Source: Dictyostelium discoideum
Lineage: Eukaryota
Direction: 5' to 3'
DNA length: 64,000 nt
NCBI GenBank assembly: GCA_000004695.1
Contig: CM000152.2
Coordinates: 1,216,001 to 1,280,000 of the forward strand
A program made the translations under genes and the position numbers. This document shows positions 13,686 through 28,980 of the stretch, piece after piece. The notes under the pieces are model-generated. The model had not been told where the DNA came from. It did no database searches and saw nothing but the letters and a program-made list of their open reading frames with translations. The first letter of the stretch is position 1; every line of letters begins with the position of its first letter.

Positions 13686-13925
13686 AATTTAGGGAAAAAT
13701 GATTGGTTTGAAAAAAATCCACACATGGTTTAAAAAAAAAAAAAAAATAAAAAATAAATAAAAAATAAAAAAAAATAACAAAATAAAATATCCTAATCAA
13801 ATGATTGGTTTGAAAAAAGTCCACACATGGTTTTAAAAAAAAAAATAATTTTTAATGTCTAAAGTAGGTACATAATACTTTTTTTCTTTTTTTTTTAAAC
13901 CATGTGTGGACTTTAATAAAAAAGG
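13686..13925. repeat. three copies of (A/G)TCCACACATGGTTT(T)AAAAAAA (two direct, one inverted); the direct copies extend 5' as ATGATTGGTTTGAAAAAA
   Basis: Copy 1 at 13691-13730 (+), copy 2 at 13801-13845 (+), inverted copy at about 13890-13920. Lies between the 3' end of the 9451-13450 gene and the ATG at 14143. Confidence 0.7.
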
Positions 13926-14142
13926 CTTTTTAGTTTAATTTTTTTTATTTTTTTTTTAATTTAAATTTTATTTTTATTATCCTTTTTTATAAAAAAAAAA
14001 AAAAAAAAAAAGTAAAGAAAGTAAAAAAAGTATTTTTTAGTAAAGAAACTTTTTTTTACTTTTTTTACTTTTTTTACTTTTTTTTTTACTTTTTTTTTTT
14101 ATTTTAAAATAAATACTTAAATAAATATAAATAATTTTAAAA

Positions 14143-14578
14143 ATGGTTAATAATGATAGAGAGTTATTTTTAAATATAGTTTGGAAAAGAGTAAGAGAAA
14201 AAAAAAAGAAAAAAAATAATAATAAAAAAAAAGAAAAAAAAAAATAATAATTTAACAATTAAACTCAAATTTATTTTTTTATTTATTTTCTTTTATTTTT
14301 TGTCTCTCCCTTATTTTTGTTTTTTTTAGATACATGAAATAACAAAAGAAATATCTATAATTGCTGATAATTTAAGTAAAACAGAAATTTCAAAAGAGGA
14401 AAGGGATTTTTTAAAAAATAATATAACAGAATATGCAAATCAATTAAACAACTACTTAAAAATGGTTGATATTTTAATTAATAATTCAAATGAAAATAAT
14501 TTTCCAAACGAATTATATCAAGAAATTTCATTCAACAAAATTTGCCAAGAAAAGAGTGAATATCGAGTTGGGGAATAA
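14143..14578 (+). CDS. small hypothetical protein (about 97 aa), 2 exons: 14143..14190, 14330..14578
   Basis: ATG 14143. Sixteen codons, then a GTAAGA donor at 14191. TTTTTTTAG acceptor ends at 14329. Second exon is open in phase to TAA 14576-14578 (MVNNDRELFLNIVWKR|IHEITKEISIIADNLSK...EYRVGE*). Confidence 0.45.
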
Positions 14579-14873
14579 TAATATTTTATTGTTTAAAAAG
14601 TGAGAATTCCAATAATTTGGGAAAAAAAAAAATTATTTGTGAAAAAAAATCAAGCAAAAAAAAAAAAAAAAAAAAAAAAATATATATATATAAAATATAT
14701 TATATTTTAATTAATATAATAGTAATAGTAATTTGTATCATTAGTCTAAAAAAAAAAGAAAAAAAAAAGAAAATAAAAATAAAAATAAATTATTTTCGTT
14801 GTTATCCCGAAAAAATAAGACTTTTATTTTTTTTTTTTACTTTTTAGCCAAGAGTCTTTTTTTTCATTAATTT

Positions 14874-14904
<31 letters not shown>

Positions 14905-14924
14905 CAATCAAAACCAATTAATAA

Positions 14925-15361
14925 ATGAAACCAAATGTATTCTTATTTTTAGCTTTAATTTCAATATTATTATTCTTTAAAATTGCTTCATCTTTAGAGA
15001 TGGAGATGCAGATCACATGTAACCCAAATTGCTCTGGTACCACAGCATCTTTTAATACGACCACAGGTATGAATCTTCTTTTAAAAATTTTTTTTTTTTT
15101 TTCTTTTTTTTTAGTTTTTTATTTTTTATTTCTTTTTCATTATTAATTAATTATTTGAATAAAAAAAGGTTGCACATCTGCATCTGATTTTTGTACAAGA
15201 TTACCTCTTTACAACTATATCCATGCATATACATCATCAATTTCTGTTCAATTATTTACAGATATGAATTGTCAACAACCAGCATCAACCGCCTTTACTA
15301 TTCAATGTAATCAATGTACGATCATTGGACCAATGCATTATACATTATTAACATGTATTTA
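14925..15361 (+). CDS. small secreted cysteine-rich protein (signal-peptide-like N-terminus, about 112 aa), 2 exons: 14925..15066, 15169..15361
   Basis: ATG 14925 with hydrophobic MKPNVFLFLALISILLFFKIASS. GTATGA donor at 15067 (phase 1), AG acceptor at 15167-15168. Exon 2 encodes ...GCTSASDFCTRLPLYNYIHAYTSSISVQLFTDMNCQQPASTAFTIQCNQCTIIGPMHYTLLTCI*. Confidence 0.5.
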
Positions 15362-16002
15362 AAAAAAAAAAAAAAAAGTTGTATTTCTATATATAAAATT
15401 TTTTTTTTTTTTATCAAATAAAAAATTAAATTGGATTTTCATAGTTTCAATTATCAAAACCAATATATAAATAAATTTTGTTAAAATTTTAATGGTTTTT
15501 TTTATTATTTTAAATGTGGAAAGTTCTTATTTAATGGAAAATAATAAATAAATAAATGAATCATTTTTTTACTTTTTTTTATTCTCCACAAGTATTCAAA
15601 AAACTCTATATTTTAAAATTTCTAAAGAAAAAGCAAAAGAAAATAATTTTTTTGGACAGTTAAGGAATTTTAACTCCCCAAATTTCAAATTGGAAGCTCA
15701 AAAGCTGAATTAAAATAAAAAATGATAAAATTTTTCAACTTGCCACTTTTTAAATTTCATAAATTCTCAAGACTATTTTCAAGACTGAAAAATATTCCCA
15801 AATAAGGACTAACACAAAGGAAATGAATATTTAGGAATATTAATATCATTAAAAAAACAATGATTATACTGAAAGTGATAAACAATGAATTAAAAAATCT
15901 TATAAATTGAAAAACAGTAAGATTATGGTTTACCAAATGGTTTTTTTTTTTACTAAGTTTTTTTTTTTTTTTTTTTATTATTTCTTTTTTAAAAAAATTT
16001 GT

Positions 16003-19000
16003 TTATTGAATTTTATAAACTGTTTTCATGAATTTTAATAATTGAATATCTTGTTTTGTTAAATCTTCAGACCAACCTTCTTTAAGAGCATCCAAAGATT
16101 CACGAGTGATTTTAGACATCCATTGTTTTTTATCATCAAAGTGTCTGTAAATTGTAGTTTTAGTGTTGTTATCATCGATGGCAACAGAGACGACATCATC
16201 TTTTTTGGCGAGGGTAACATCTTTTTCGTTGAGTTTAATACCAATGACTTTACCAACATCAGCGCAATTTGATTCTGGTACACAAATTGGAGTACCAATA
16301 CGAAGAGTACCTTCTTTAACACGAACACCAACAAGAATTGGATTTGAATTTCTGAAAACGTTAGTAACCTCCAAAATACATGGCCAAACACAGATACTAG
16401 CGGTTTCAGCACGAAGTTTCTCTTTGATAGCACCGAAATGTTTCTTTAATTTCTCCTCGAATAAATAGATTGTCTCATCAGAGAGAACTTGAACTTTCAT
16501 TTCATTGGCGGCTTGAATGGCAGATTCTTCAATCTTTACATCGAAAGCCAAGAGAATTGCGTATTTTGGATCCTTATCTAACATGATACTTGCGTTCATA
16601 ATGTGTTTCTTGTGAACTGGACCAATGGCGACATTGGCGACTGGAATCTTGATCTTTTTGAGGAAATTTAAAAAGGCTTCCAAAGAACCAAGAGTAGAGG
16701 CTTGAACAGACACACCAATACCAGAGGTTTCGACATCATTGAGTACAGAATCGACTTCACGTTTAGCTTCGGCTCTAATCTTTTCGATATCGTCATTTGG
16801 ACCAACGACATGAAGTGAAGTACCTGGAACAGCTTTTTCAAGGCCTGGTGCAACGATTTTAATACCCATGGCAGCACGAATACTCTTATGATTGATGAAT
16901 TGTGATTTAACACGAGATTCACGAAGTGGTGGTGGAGTGAGTAAAGAACGAATAGAAGTTTCAATTGGACCATTGAAACCGGATACTACAATCTTATCAC
17001 CTTCATTCAAAGTACCATTTACCAAGACAACATCAATGGTTGTACCAAAACCTTCGATGACTTTAACTTCCAAGAGTGTACATTGGAGTTGATTTGTGAA
17101 TTCTACTTTATCAAGCATTAACTTTTGCATCAATTGAATGACTACCAACATTAAATCTGAAATACCTTCACCAGTGTTGGCAGAGGTTGGTACGAGAGAA
17201 ACGTATTTTCTATGATCTTTATTACGCCAGTAGAGTTCAGCATTCAATTCTTGACCGGCCAAAGCTGCAATGATATCCTTAACTTTGTAATCAAATTCTT
17301 GAGCAGCAGATTTTGATTGAATCTTGTAGGCTTCTTTAAAGTCTGTATTTACACATGGCTTCCAATCGTAAATTCTATCGACTTTATTTAAGGCAACAAT
17401 GAATGGTGTTTTTCTCATACGTAAGAGATTGATGGACTCTAAGGTTTGAGCTTGTAAACCATGCATAATATCAATGACTAAAATTGCCAAATCACAAAGA
17501 CCTGAACCTCTTGAACGTAAATTGTTGAAAGATTCATGACCTGGTGTATCAATGAGTAAGAGACCTGGTAATTTAAAGTCCATTTTAATCTTTTCAGCAA
17601 ATGATTTGGTTTGTTCTTTAATTGCATCGACTGGAATAAAAGAGGCACCAATTTGTTGGGTGATACCACGTGCTTCACCACCTTGAACGTTGGTATTACG
17701 AATTTTATCCAAAAGACTTGTCTTACCTGTATCGACATGACCTAAAATACAAATGATTGGTGAACGATATGATTTATCTGCAAAGGTTGTAGTTGGATCT
17801 GTAGTTGGAATGAGTGCTGCTGCGGCTGCTGCTGCGGCTGCTTTTGCTTTCTTCTTTTCCTCTTTTGCTGCTAATCTCTGTGCTTCCTCTTCCTCCTCTT
17901 TTCTCTTGGCCTCCTCTTCCTTCTTCTTTTGAATCTCTTCAACGGTTTCATAATCATCATTATCCCAACTATCCATAACCTCAACTACGTCGTCCTTTGG
18001 TGCTGATGTTGGTTCTTCAATCTTTAATTTTTCGACTGATTCTGTAATACTTGAGACTTGATTTTGTTTTTTACCTCCACTCTTTGTTTTATTTGTTGAT
18101 TTTTCTTTCTTTTCACCGACTGCTGAAATGTTTACACCCAATTTTGCTAATTTTGCCATTCTATCAGCTTCGGCGGCTGCGCCAGCTTGTTTCTCTTTCT
18201 TTTCTGCTCTCTTTTTAGAGTTTTCAATTGACTTTAATCTTGCTTTTTCATCATCAATAATCTTTTGTTCAGCAGCACGTTTCTTCTCTTCCTCTTCTCT
18301 TATACGTTTTTCCTCCTTTTCACGTGCAATTCTTTCTTCTTCTTGTCTTTGTTTTAATAAAAATCCACTCAATACCTCTGGTTCCTCTGGTTTCTTTGGT
18401 GCTGGTTTTTTAGCTTGTTGTTTTGCTGCTGATGGTTTTGCTGCTGGTGGTTTTTTGGCATTATTTTTTTTATTATTATTATTTTGTGTTGGTTTGGTTG
18501 GTTTCTCTTCTTCCTCTGATGATGATGATTCTTCTTCACTTTCAGAAGATGATTCAACAGCTGCTGCTTTTTTAGCTGGTGCTTTTTTATTTTGTTTTGC
18601 AGCTGGTTTTGATGGTTTCTTTTTTGTGTCCTCTTCAGATGATGATTCTTCAGATTCTGATTCACTCTCTTCTGATGATGATTCTACAACTGGTTTCTTT
18701 TTATTATTATTATTATTGGTTGGTGCTACTTTCTTTGATTGTTTTGCAGCTGGTTTTGATGGTTTCTTTTTAGTATCTTCTTCAGATGATTCTTCAGATT
18801 CTGATTCACTCTCTTCTTCTTCTGATGATGATGATTCTACAACTGGTTTCTTTTTATTATTGGTTGGTGCTACCTTTTTTGATTGTTTAGCAGCTGGTTT
18901 TGATGGTTTCTTTTGAACTTCTTCTTCAGATGATGATTCTTCAGATTCTGATGATGATTCATCTACTGGTGCAAATTTAGAAGTTGGTTTTTTTTTTGAA

Positions 19001-19140
19001 ATTGGAATATCATCACTATCACTATCACTATCTGATTGTTGTTGACCTTTTTTATGAAGTTTTTCTGCTTCTTCACGATCTTTATCAGCTTCACCACTAT
19101 CCCAATAATTATCTTTTCTAACTCTTTGTTTTGGACCCAT
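16003..19140 (-). CDS. eif5b: eukaryotic translation initiation factor 5B (eIF5B / IF2 homolog), single exon, 1045 aa
   Basis: ATG 19140-19138 verified. Acidic/Ser/Lys-rich N-terminal half with three about 50-aa repeats. GTPase domain GHVDTGKTSLLDKIR...DTPGHESF...NKVD, followed by IF2-type beta-barrel domains. TAA at 16003. Confidence 0.9.
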   Translation of the reverse strand: MGPKQRVRKDNYWDSGEADKDREEAEKLHKKGQQQSDSDSDSDDIPISKKKPTSKFAPVDESSSESEESSSEEEVQKKPSKPAAKQSKKVAPTNNKKKPVVESSSSEEEESESESEESSEEDTKKKPSKPAAKQSKKVAPTNNNNNKKKPVVESSSEESESESEESSSEEDTKKKPSKPAAKQNKKAPAKKAAAVESSSESEEESSSSEEEEKPTKPTQNNNNKKNNAKKPPAAKPSAAKQQAKKPAPKKPEEPEVLSGFLLKQRQEEERIAREKEEKRIREEEEKKRAAEQKIIDDEKARLKSIENSKKRAEKKEKQAGAAAEADRMAKLAKLGVNISAVGEKKEKSTNKTKSGGKKQNQVSSITESVEKLKIEEPTSAPKDDVVEVMDSWDNDDYETVEEIQKKKEEEAKRKEEEEEAQRLAAKEEKKKAKAAAAAAAAALIPTTDPTTTFADKSYRSPIICILGHVDTGKTSLLDKIRNTNVQGGEARGITQQIGASFIPVDAIKEQTKSFAEKIKMDFKLPGLLLIDTPGHESFNNLRSRGSGLCDLAILVIDIMHGLQAQTLESINLLRMRKTPFIVALNKVDRIYDWKPCVNTDFKEAYKIQSKSAAQEFDYKVKDIIAALAGQELNAELYWRNKDHRKYVSLVPTSANTGEGISDLMLVVIQLMQKLMLDKVEFTNQLQCTLLEVKVIEGFGTTIDVVLVNGTLNEGDKIVVSGFNGPIETSIRSLLTPPPLRESRVKSQFINHKSIRAAMGIKIVAPGLEKAVPGTSLHVVGPNDDIEKIRAEAKREVDSVLNDVETSGIGVSVQASTLGSLEAFLNFLKKIKIPVANVAIGPVHKKHIMNASIMLDKDPKYAILLAFDVKIEESAIQAANEMKVQVLSDETIYLFEEKLKKHFGAIKEKLRAETASICVWPCILEVTNVFRNSNPILVGVRVKEGTLRIGTPICVPESNCADVGKVIGIKLNEKDVTLAKKDDVVSVAIDDNNTKTTIYRHFDDKKQWMSKITRESLDALKEGWSEDLTKQDIQLLKFMKTVYKIQ
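18540..18960 (-). repeat. three tandem repeats of about 150 bp in the eIF5B N-terminal region (about 50-aa acidic Ser/Glu plus KKKPSKPAAKQSKKVAPTNNKKKPVVE unit)
   Basis: Protein-level repeat is visible in the 1045-aa translation. The DNA units are near-identical. Confidence 0.8.
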
Positions 19141-19717
19141 TTTTATTATTTATTTCTTAATTAATTCTAATTTCAATTTGAATTTTAATTTAAATTTTTG
19201 AGGAAAAAAAAAAAAAAAAATTTAATAAATATATATTTATTATTATTATTATTATTATTACTACTATTATTATTTAATTTTTTTATTGTGTGTGAATTAT
19301 ATTTATATGATTACATGAATATAATAATAATAATAATAATAATAAAAACTTTACACTTTATTACTTTATTAATTATTTATTTTATTTAGGTGTTTTAATT
19401 TTCTTTTTTCTTATTGTTTTATTTATGGATAATAAAAACATATATGAATTGTTATAAAATTAAAATTATTTTTATATAAATTATAAAAATATTTGTTTTT
19501 TTTGAAACTTTAGTATTAATTGATTGAAGGTTTTTAAAAAAAAAAAAAAATATAAAATAACTTTTAAACTCTTTTTTTTTTTTATTTATCTTTTTTTTCA
19601 CACTAAAAACAACACACAAAAATTAAAAAAGAAAAAAAAAAAAAAAAATTGAAAATTTAAAAATTTTTTCGTTTTTTTTTCTCAAACCCGAACAAAATGA
19701 AAACAAATTTTGAGCTT

Positions 19718-19752
<35 letters not shown>

Positions 19753-19983
19753 AAAAAAAAAACTGGAATTTGAATTTTAAATTAAATATATGAATTAATA
19801 ACAGTAATTTTATTTATATTTTATTTAAATAAAAATTAAAAAAATTAAAAATTAATTTTTTTAATTAAAAAAATAAAATAAAATAAATATAAAAACTACT
19901 AGTAGTTTTTTTTTCTTTTTTTAAAATTTAATTTCTTTTTTTTTTATTTTTTTTTTTTAATTTAAAAAATAAATACAACATAA

Positions 19984-21920
<1,937 letters not shown>

Positions 21921-22099
21921 AATGAAAAATAAAAAAATAAAAAAAATAAAAAAAAAAGATAAAAATAGAATAATAAAAAAAAAAGATTTATTTTTTCAAA
22001 TTGTTGAAATTAACACAGATATCTATGTTAATTTTCCTAATTTTTCTTTTTCATAATTTTTTTTTTTTTTATTTTTTCATTTTTTCATTTTTTCATTTT

Positions 22100-22137
<38 letters not shown>

Positions 22138-22182
22138 CCAAAAGTTATAGCAAATACTATAATAATAAAAATTTAAATAAAG

Positions 22183-24456
22183 ATGAATCAAAATAGAACG
22201 GGTGGAGTATCAAAAGTTAAAAATAAATCGGCAGCACCAGTTCAAATTACAGCAGAACAAATTTTAAGGGTAGCACATGAAAATCAACAAACTTTACCAA
22301 AAGCACCACCAAAACAAGTTATAACGGACCAAGAAGAATTAGAAGATTATAGATTAAGAAAAAGACAACAATATGAATCATTACTTGGTAGAAATCGAAA
22401 GACAGCAGCAATCTATATAAAATATGCGGCATGGGAAGAATCACAAAAGGATTTAACACGTGCAAGATCAGTATTTGAACGTTTCTTAGATATTGATCAC
22501 CGTATTCCAACGGTTTGGATTAAATATGCAGAGATGGAAATGAAAAATAAAAATATAAATTTAGCTAGAAATATTTGGGATAGAGCAGTTTGTTTATTAC
22601 CAAGAGTTTCACAACTTTGGTTTAAATATACTTTTATGGAAGATATGTTGGGTAATTATCCAGCTGCTCGTGCAATCTTTGAACGTTGGATGCAATGGAA
22701 ACCTGAACCACAAGCTTGGAATTCTTATTTAAAATTTGAACAAAGATTAAAATTATTTGAAAATACAAGATTAATTTTTGAAAAATGTAAGTTATATATA
22801 ATAATAATAAACCAATAACAACAAATAATAGTTCAAATTATTTATTTTCTTTTATTTTTAAAAAAATTATATAGATATATTAGTACATCCATATATTAAA
22901 ACTTGGATAAAATATACAAAATTTGAAGAAAGATTAGGTAATATTGAAAATGCAAGAACTATATTTCAAAGAGCAATTGAATTTTTAGGTGAAGATGGTA
23001 ACGATGAACAATTATTTATTGCATTTGCAAAGTTTGAAGAGAAATATAAAGAGATTGAAAGAGCAAGAGTCATTTATAAATATGCAATTGATCATGTACC
23101 AAAGAGTAGAGCAAAAGATTTATTTGATACTTTTACAAATTTTGAAAAACAACATGGTGATAGAATTGGTATTGAAGATGTTGTTTTAGGTAAAAAAAGA
23201 TTTCAATATGAAGAAGTAAGTAATAATTTAAATTTAAAATTATTATTATTATAAATTATTAATTATTAATTATTATTATATAGGAAATTAAAAAAAATTC
23301 AAAAAATTATGATATTTGGTTCGATTATTTAAAGATGGAAGAAATTAATGGTGAAATTGAAAAAACTAGAGAAATTTATGAGAGATCAATTGGAAATTTA
23401 CCACCAACTAATGAAAAGAAACATTGGAAACGTTATATTTATTTATGGATAAATTATGCATTATTTGAAGAGTTAATATCAAAGGATATGGAACGTGCAA
23501 GATCGGTCTATAGTGAATGTATTAAATTGATACCACATAAAGAGTTTTCATTCTCAAAGATTTGGATTCTATATGCAAATTTTGAAATTCGTCAATTGAA
23601 TTTAGATAAAGCACGTCTAATATATGGTCAAGCGATTGGTAGAAATCCAAAGAGTAAAATATTCGATCAATATATTCATTTAGAGATTGAATTGGGTAAT
23701 TTCGATCGTGTACGTACATTATATGAAAAGTATTTAGAAATTATGCCTGATAATTGTGATGCTTGGTGTAAATTTGCTCAATTGGAAACAGAGTTGGGCG
23801 AAACTGTTCGTGCTAGAGCAATCTTTGAATTGGCAATTCAACAACCAAATTTAGATAGACCTGAAGTGGTTTGGAAAGATTTTATAGATTCAGAAATTCA
23901 ATTAAAACAATTTGATTTCGTTAAACAATTATATCGTAAATTATTAGAGAAAACTAATCATGTTAAAGTTTGGATTGGTTTCATTAAATTTGTACATTCA
24001 ATAAAAGATAAACAACAACAAAAACAACGACAACAACAACAAGAGGAAGATGGTGATTCAAATACTACTAAAAAAGATGGTGGTGATGATGATAATAATG
24101 ATGATATTAATAAACCAACTAGGGAAATTTTCATTGAAGCTCATAAATCATTATCAAACTCTGATAAAGAGGAGAGATTATTATTATTGGAAAGTTGGAA
24201 AGAATTTGAACAAACATTTGGTAATCAAGAAACTTTGAATCAAGTCCTTAAAAAGATTCCACAAAGAGTTATCAAAAGAAGAAGTGATGGTAATGGTGGT
24301 ATTGAAGAATATTTCGATTATATCTTCCCTGAAGAAGAAAAATCAACTCAAACCTCTTTGAAATTATTAGAAGCTGCTCAAAGATGGAAGAAATTAAAAC
24401 AGCAACAAGAATTACAAAAACAACAAGAATTACAAAAACAACAACAAGATTCTTAA
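22183..24456 (+). CDS. crnkl1: crooked neck-like pre-mRNA splicing factor (CRNKL1/Clf1, HAT repeats), 3 exons: 22183..22786, 22875..23215, 23284..24456
   Basis: HAT repeats throughout. Splice sites GTAAGT(22787)...ATAG(22874) and GTAAGT(23216)...TAG(23283) restore ...IFEKY|ILVHPYIKTWIKY... and ...FQYEE|EIKKNSKNYDIWFDYLKMEE..., collinear with CRNKL1 (ERFVLVHP..., EIKANPHNYDAWFDYLRL) from memory. Confidence 0.85.
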
Positions 24457-24477
24457 AAAAAAAAAAAAAATTAAAAT

Positions 24478-24508
<31 letters not shown>

Positions 24509-24642
24509 AAGTTTTAAAATTCTTTATCTGGAAATAATTAAAATCCAATCCAATTTTTTTATTATTTTTTTTTTAAATTATTATTAGAAATGTTTATCTT
24601 TAGACCAAAAGAAAAAAAAAGCTTTTTAAGTTTTGTTGGACG

Positions 24643-24682
<40 letters not shown>

Positions 24683-24716
24683 CAATGACATTAATAATTA
24701 GTTTTGAAAAAAAAAA

Positions 24717-26542
<1,826 letters not shown>

Positions 26543-26781
26543 ACAGTTGGAAATAACAAAAGTGGAATTGAAAAAAATAAAAAAAAAAAACCCTTTTTCT
26601 TCTTCTCCCAACATTACCTTTGAAATAATCACGTCTTTCACTCAAAATATATTTTATTTTCCCTTCCGCAATATAACATTTAAAATCCTTTCAAAATATT
26701 AAAAAAATTATTAAAATATTAAATAAAATTTATTTTATTAAAAGTTTATCTCTTCATCAGGATAAATAAAGGATAAAGGGG

Positions 26782-26816
<35 letters not shown>

Positions 26817-27061
26817 GAAATTAAAAATAAGACACTGTTGTGAAAAAAAAAAAAATTATTTCGAAAATTTTTTATATTTATAAAATTTCATCACTTCCAT
26901 TGTGGATCATTTGATAAAAATAATTAATCGAAATAATCACCCGTTTTTTTTTGTACATATAATTCCAACACCCAAAATAATATAAATATATATAAATTAA
27001 ATTAGATTAAATCAAATCAAATCAAAATCAAATATAATAAAATAAAATAAAATAAAATAAA

Positions 27062-27559
27062 ATGGTAAATTATCTTATGTATATTTTTTTTTTTTTTTTT
27101 TACATAGAATAAAATAGAAGCATTAGTACCAAAAGCTTTTTATATAAAAAGTGGGATCAATAAAACTAATCTTTTTTTTTTTTATTTACATAGAGCAAAA
27201 TAGAAGCATTAGCACCAAAACCTTTTTTATATGATTTAAAAGGTAAAAAGATAGCAGTTCGTTTAAAGTGGGGTGGTATGGAATATCGTGGTATTTTAGC
27301 ATCAGTTGATAGTTATATGAATTTACAAGTATGATTCAAACTTTATTTATTCATTTTTTCAATATTATTATAATATCTATATAATACTAATTTAATTTCT
27401 ATTTTTAATTTTAATTTTTAGTTAGCAGCAACAGAAGAATGGATAGATGGCGCAAATAAAGGTCCATTAGGTGAAGTTTTAATTAGATGTAATAATGTTT
27501 TATTTGTTAGAGGAATTGATGACGAGCAACAACAATCACAACAACAACAACAAGAATAA
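27062..27559 (+). CDS. snrpF: small nuclear ribonucleoprotein Sm-F, 3 exons: 27062..27064, 27194..27328, 27422..27559
   Basis: The ATG is immediately followed by a GTAAAT donor. Exon 2 (after ACATAG) and exon 3 (after TTTTTAG) give [46 protein letters not shown]|[38 protein letters not shown]..., close to human SmF ([46 protein letters not shown]...[16 protein letters not shown]). Confidence 0.75.
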
Positions 27560-27678
27560 ATTTAAATAATATCAATAATAATAGATAGTAATACTTTAAT
27601 GGGTTTTTTTATTTATTTTATTTTATTTCATTTCATTTCATTTCATTTTATTTTTTATTTATTTTATTTTATTTTATT

Positions 27679-28853
27679 TTATTTATCTCTTTTATAAATT
27701 TTTGATAATATTTTTAAAAATACGCTTGGAGGTAAATAAATACAAGTGGTTTTAATTTTATCTATTAAAAAATTGTAACTTGTATTTTCATAATCTTTGA
27801 AAATTTTTTCAAGATTAATTTCTTTATAAATCTTTTTTACAATTTCAACATCAGTTGGATTATCGAAACCATAATGTTTTTTTAATAAATTGATTTGGTC
27901 TGGAGTACCATTGAGAATTGCTTGACAAATCATCCATGAACATTTATTCTCTTCAATATCTCTACCGATTTTACCAAATACTTCTGGTGAACCATAACAA
28001 TCTAAGAAATCATCTTGAACTTGAAAATATACACCCATTGGTAATAAAATATCTTTTGCTGTTGTAAATGCTTGTTCATGGTTTATTTTGGACATTAACA
28101 TTGCTAGTGCAACTGGAAAAAAAAATGAATAATATGCTGTTTTATATTCAGTAATTCTAGTATGACTATAAAAAATAAAATTAATTAATCACACAGACAC
28201 ACATATGTTAATTAAATCTAAAACATATTAATAATAATAAAAATAATAATAATAATTATAAATACAAACTTTTTTAAATTAATTGATGAGAAATCACCTC
28301 TAATTGGTTGAGTTGTTAAATCTAATAATTGACCTAATTGAGTTTGAAATCCGGTTTTATGGAATAATTCTACAATATTTAAATAGTAGGATTCATTTTT
28401 AAAGTATTTTTCAAGTAAAATAAAAACACATGATTCAATTATAAAGGAATCATTAATTGCAGCTAAACCAACTTCTTGATCAGAGTTTGGTCTCTTTTGT
28501 TTATACCAACATGGTTTACCCCTTCTTTTTAGTGACTGATCCATTATATCATCAGAGACCAAATAGCATGCTTGAAATATTTCAACACACCAACCCAATG
28601 TTTGGGCTTGGAAAATTTCATGTCTTGTTAGAGCTCTACCTTCATTTAATGATTCCAATGATTCAAGTACACTAATTCCTCTATTCATTTTTCCACCTGT
28701 TGAATTTGCTTTTATCACGGTTTCAATCCAGTGGATTGATTCTTTTGGAAAATCAATCTTTTCCAATTCCTTTTTAATTTCATTTAATAAAATTGGGAAC
28801 AAATTAGCAAATTCTTCCAAAACTTCTTTATCATTCTTTTTCAAATTATTCAT
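27679..28853 (-). CDS. farnesyl diphosphate synthase paralog (about 356 aa), 2 exons: complement(27679..28165, 28270..28853)
   Basis: GGKMNRG, first Asp-rich motif LVSDDIMD and second Asp-rich motif FQVQDDFLD are all present. The GTTTGT donor at 28269-28268 and TTTTATAG acceptor at 28173-28166 were chosen because they keep ...GDFSSINLKN|HTRITEYKTAYYSFFFPVALAM... collinear with the neighbouring paralog and the FPPS family. ATG 28853-28851 verified. Confidence 0.8.
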
Positions 28854-28902
28854 TTCTTTTTTAAAAAGATAATCTATAAAAAATAAAAAATAAAAAATAA
28901 TA

Positions 28903-28923
28903 ATGATAATTATTATAAATAAA

Positions 28924-28966
<43 letters not shown>

Positions 28967-28980
28967 TAATAATAATAATG

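Noticed and set aside
18128-18916. 262-aa plus-strand ORF antisense to eIF5B
   Set aside because: It lies entirely inside the repetitive acidic/Ser-rich coding repeats of eif5b, on the opposite strand. Its composition (poly-S/F/L/A) is what reverse-complemented GAA/TCA repeats produce. There are no independent start or splice signals.
22787-22818. C-terminal ...CKLYIIIINQ* tail of the 22183..22818 ORF (similar read-through tails occur at 20359..20451, 25177..25184, 26298..26376 and 36217..36273)
   Set aside because: These are read-through translations into AT-rich introns. Each follows a canonical GTAAGT/GTATGT donor, and the downstream exon continues the conserved protein.
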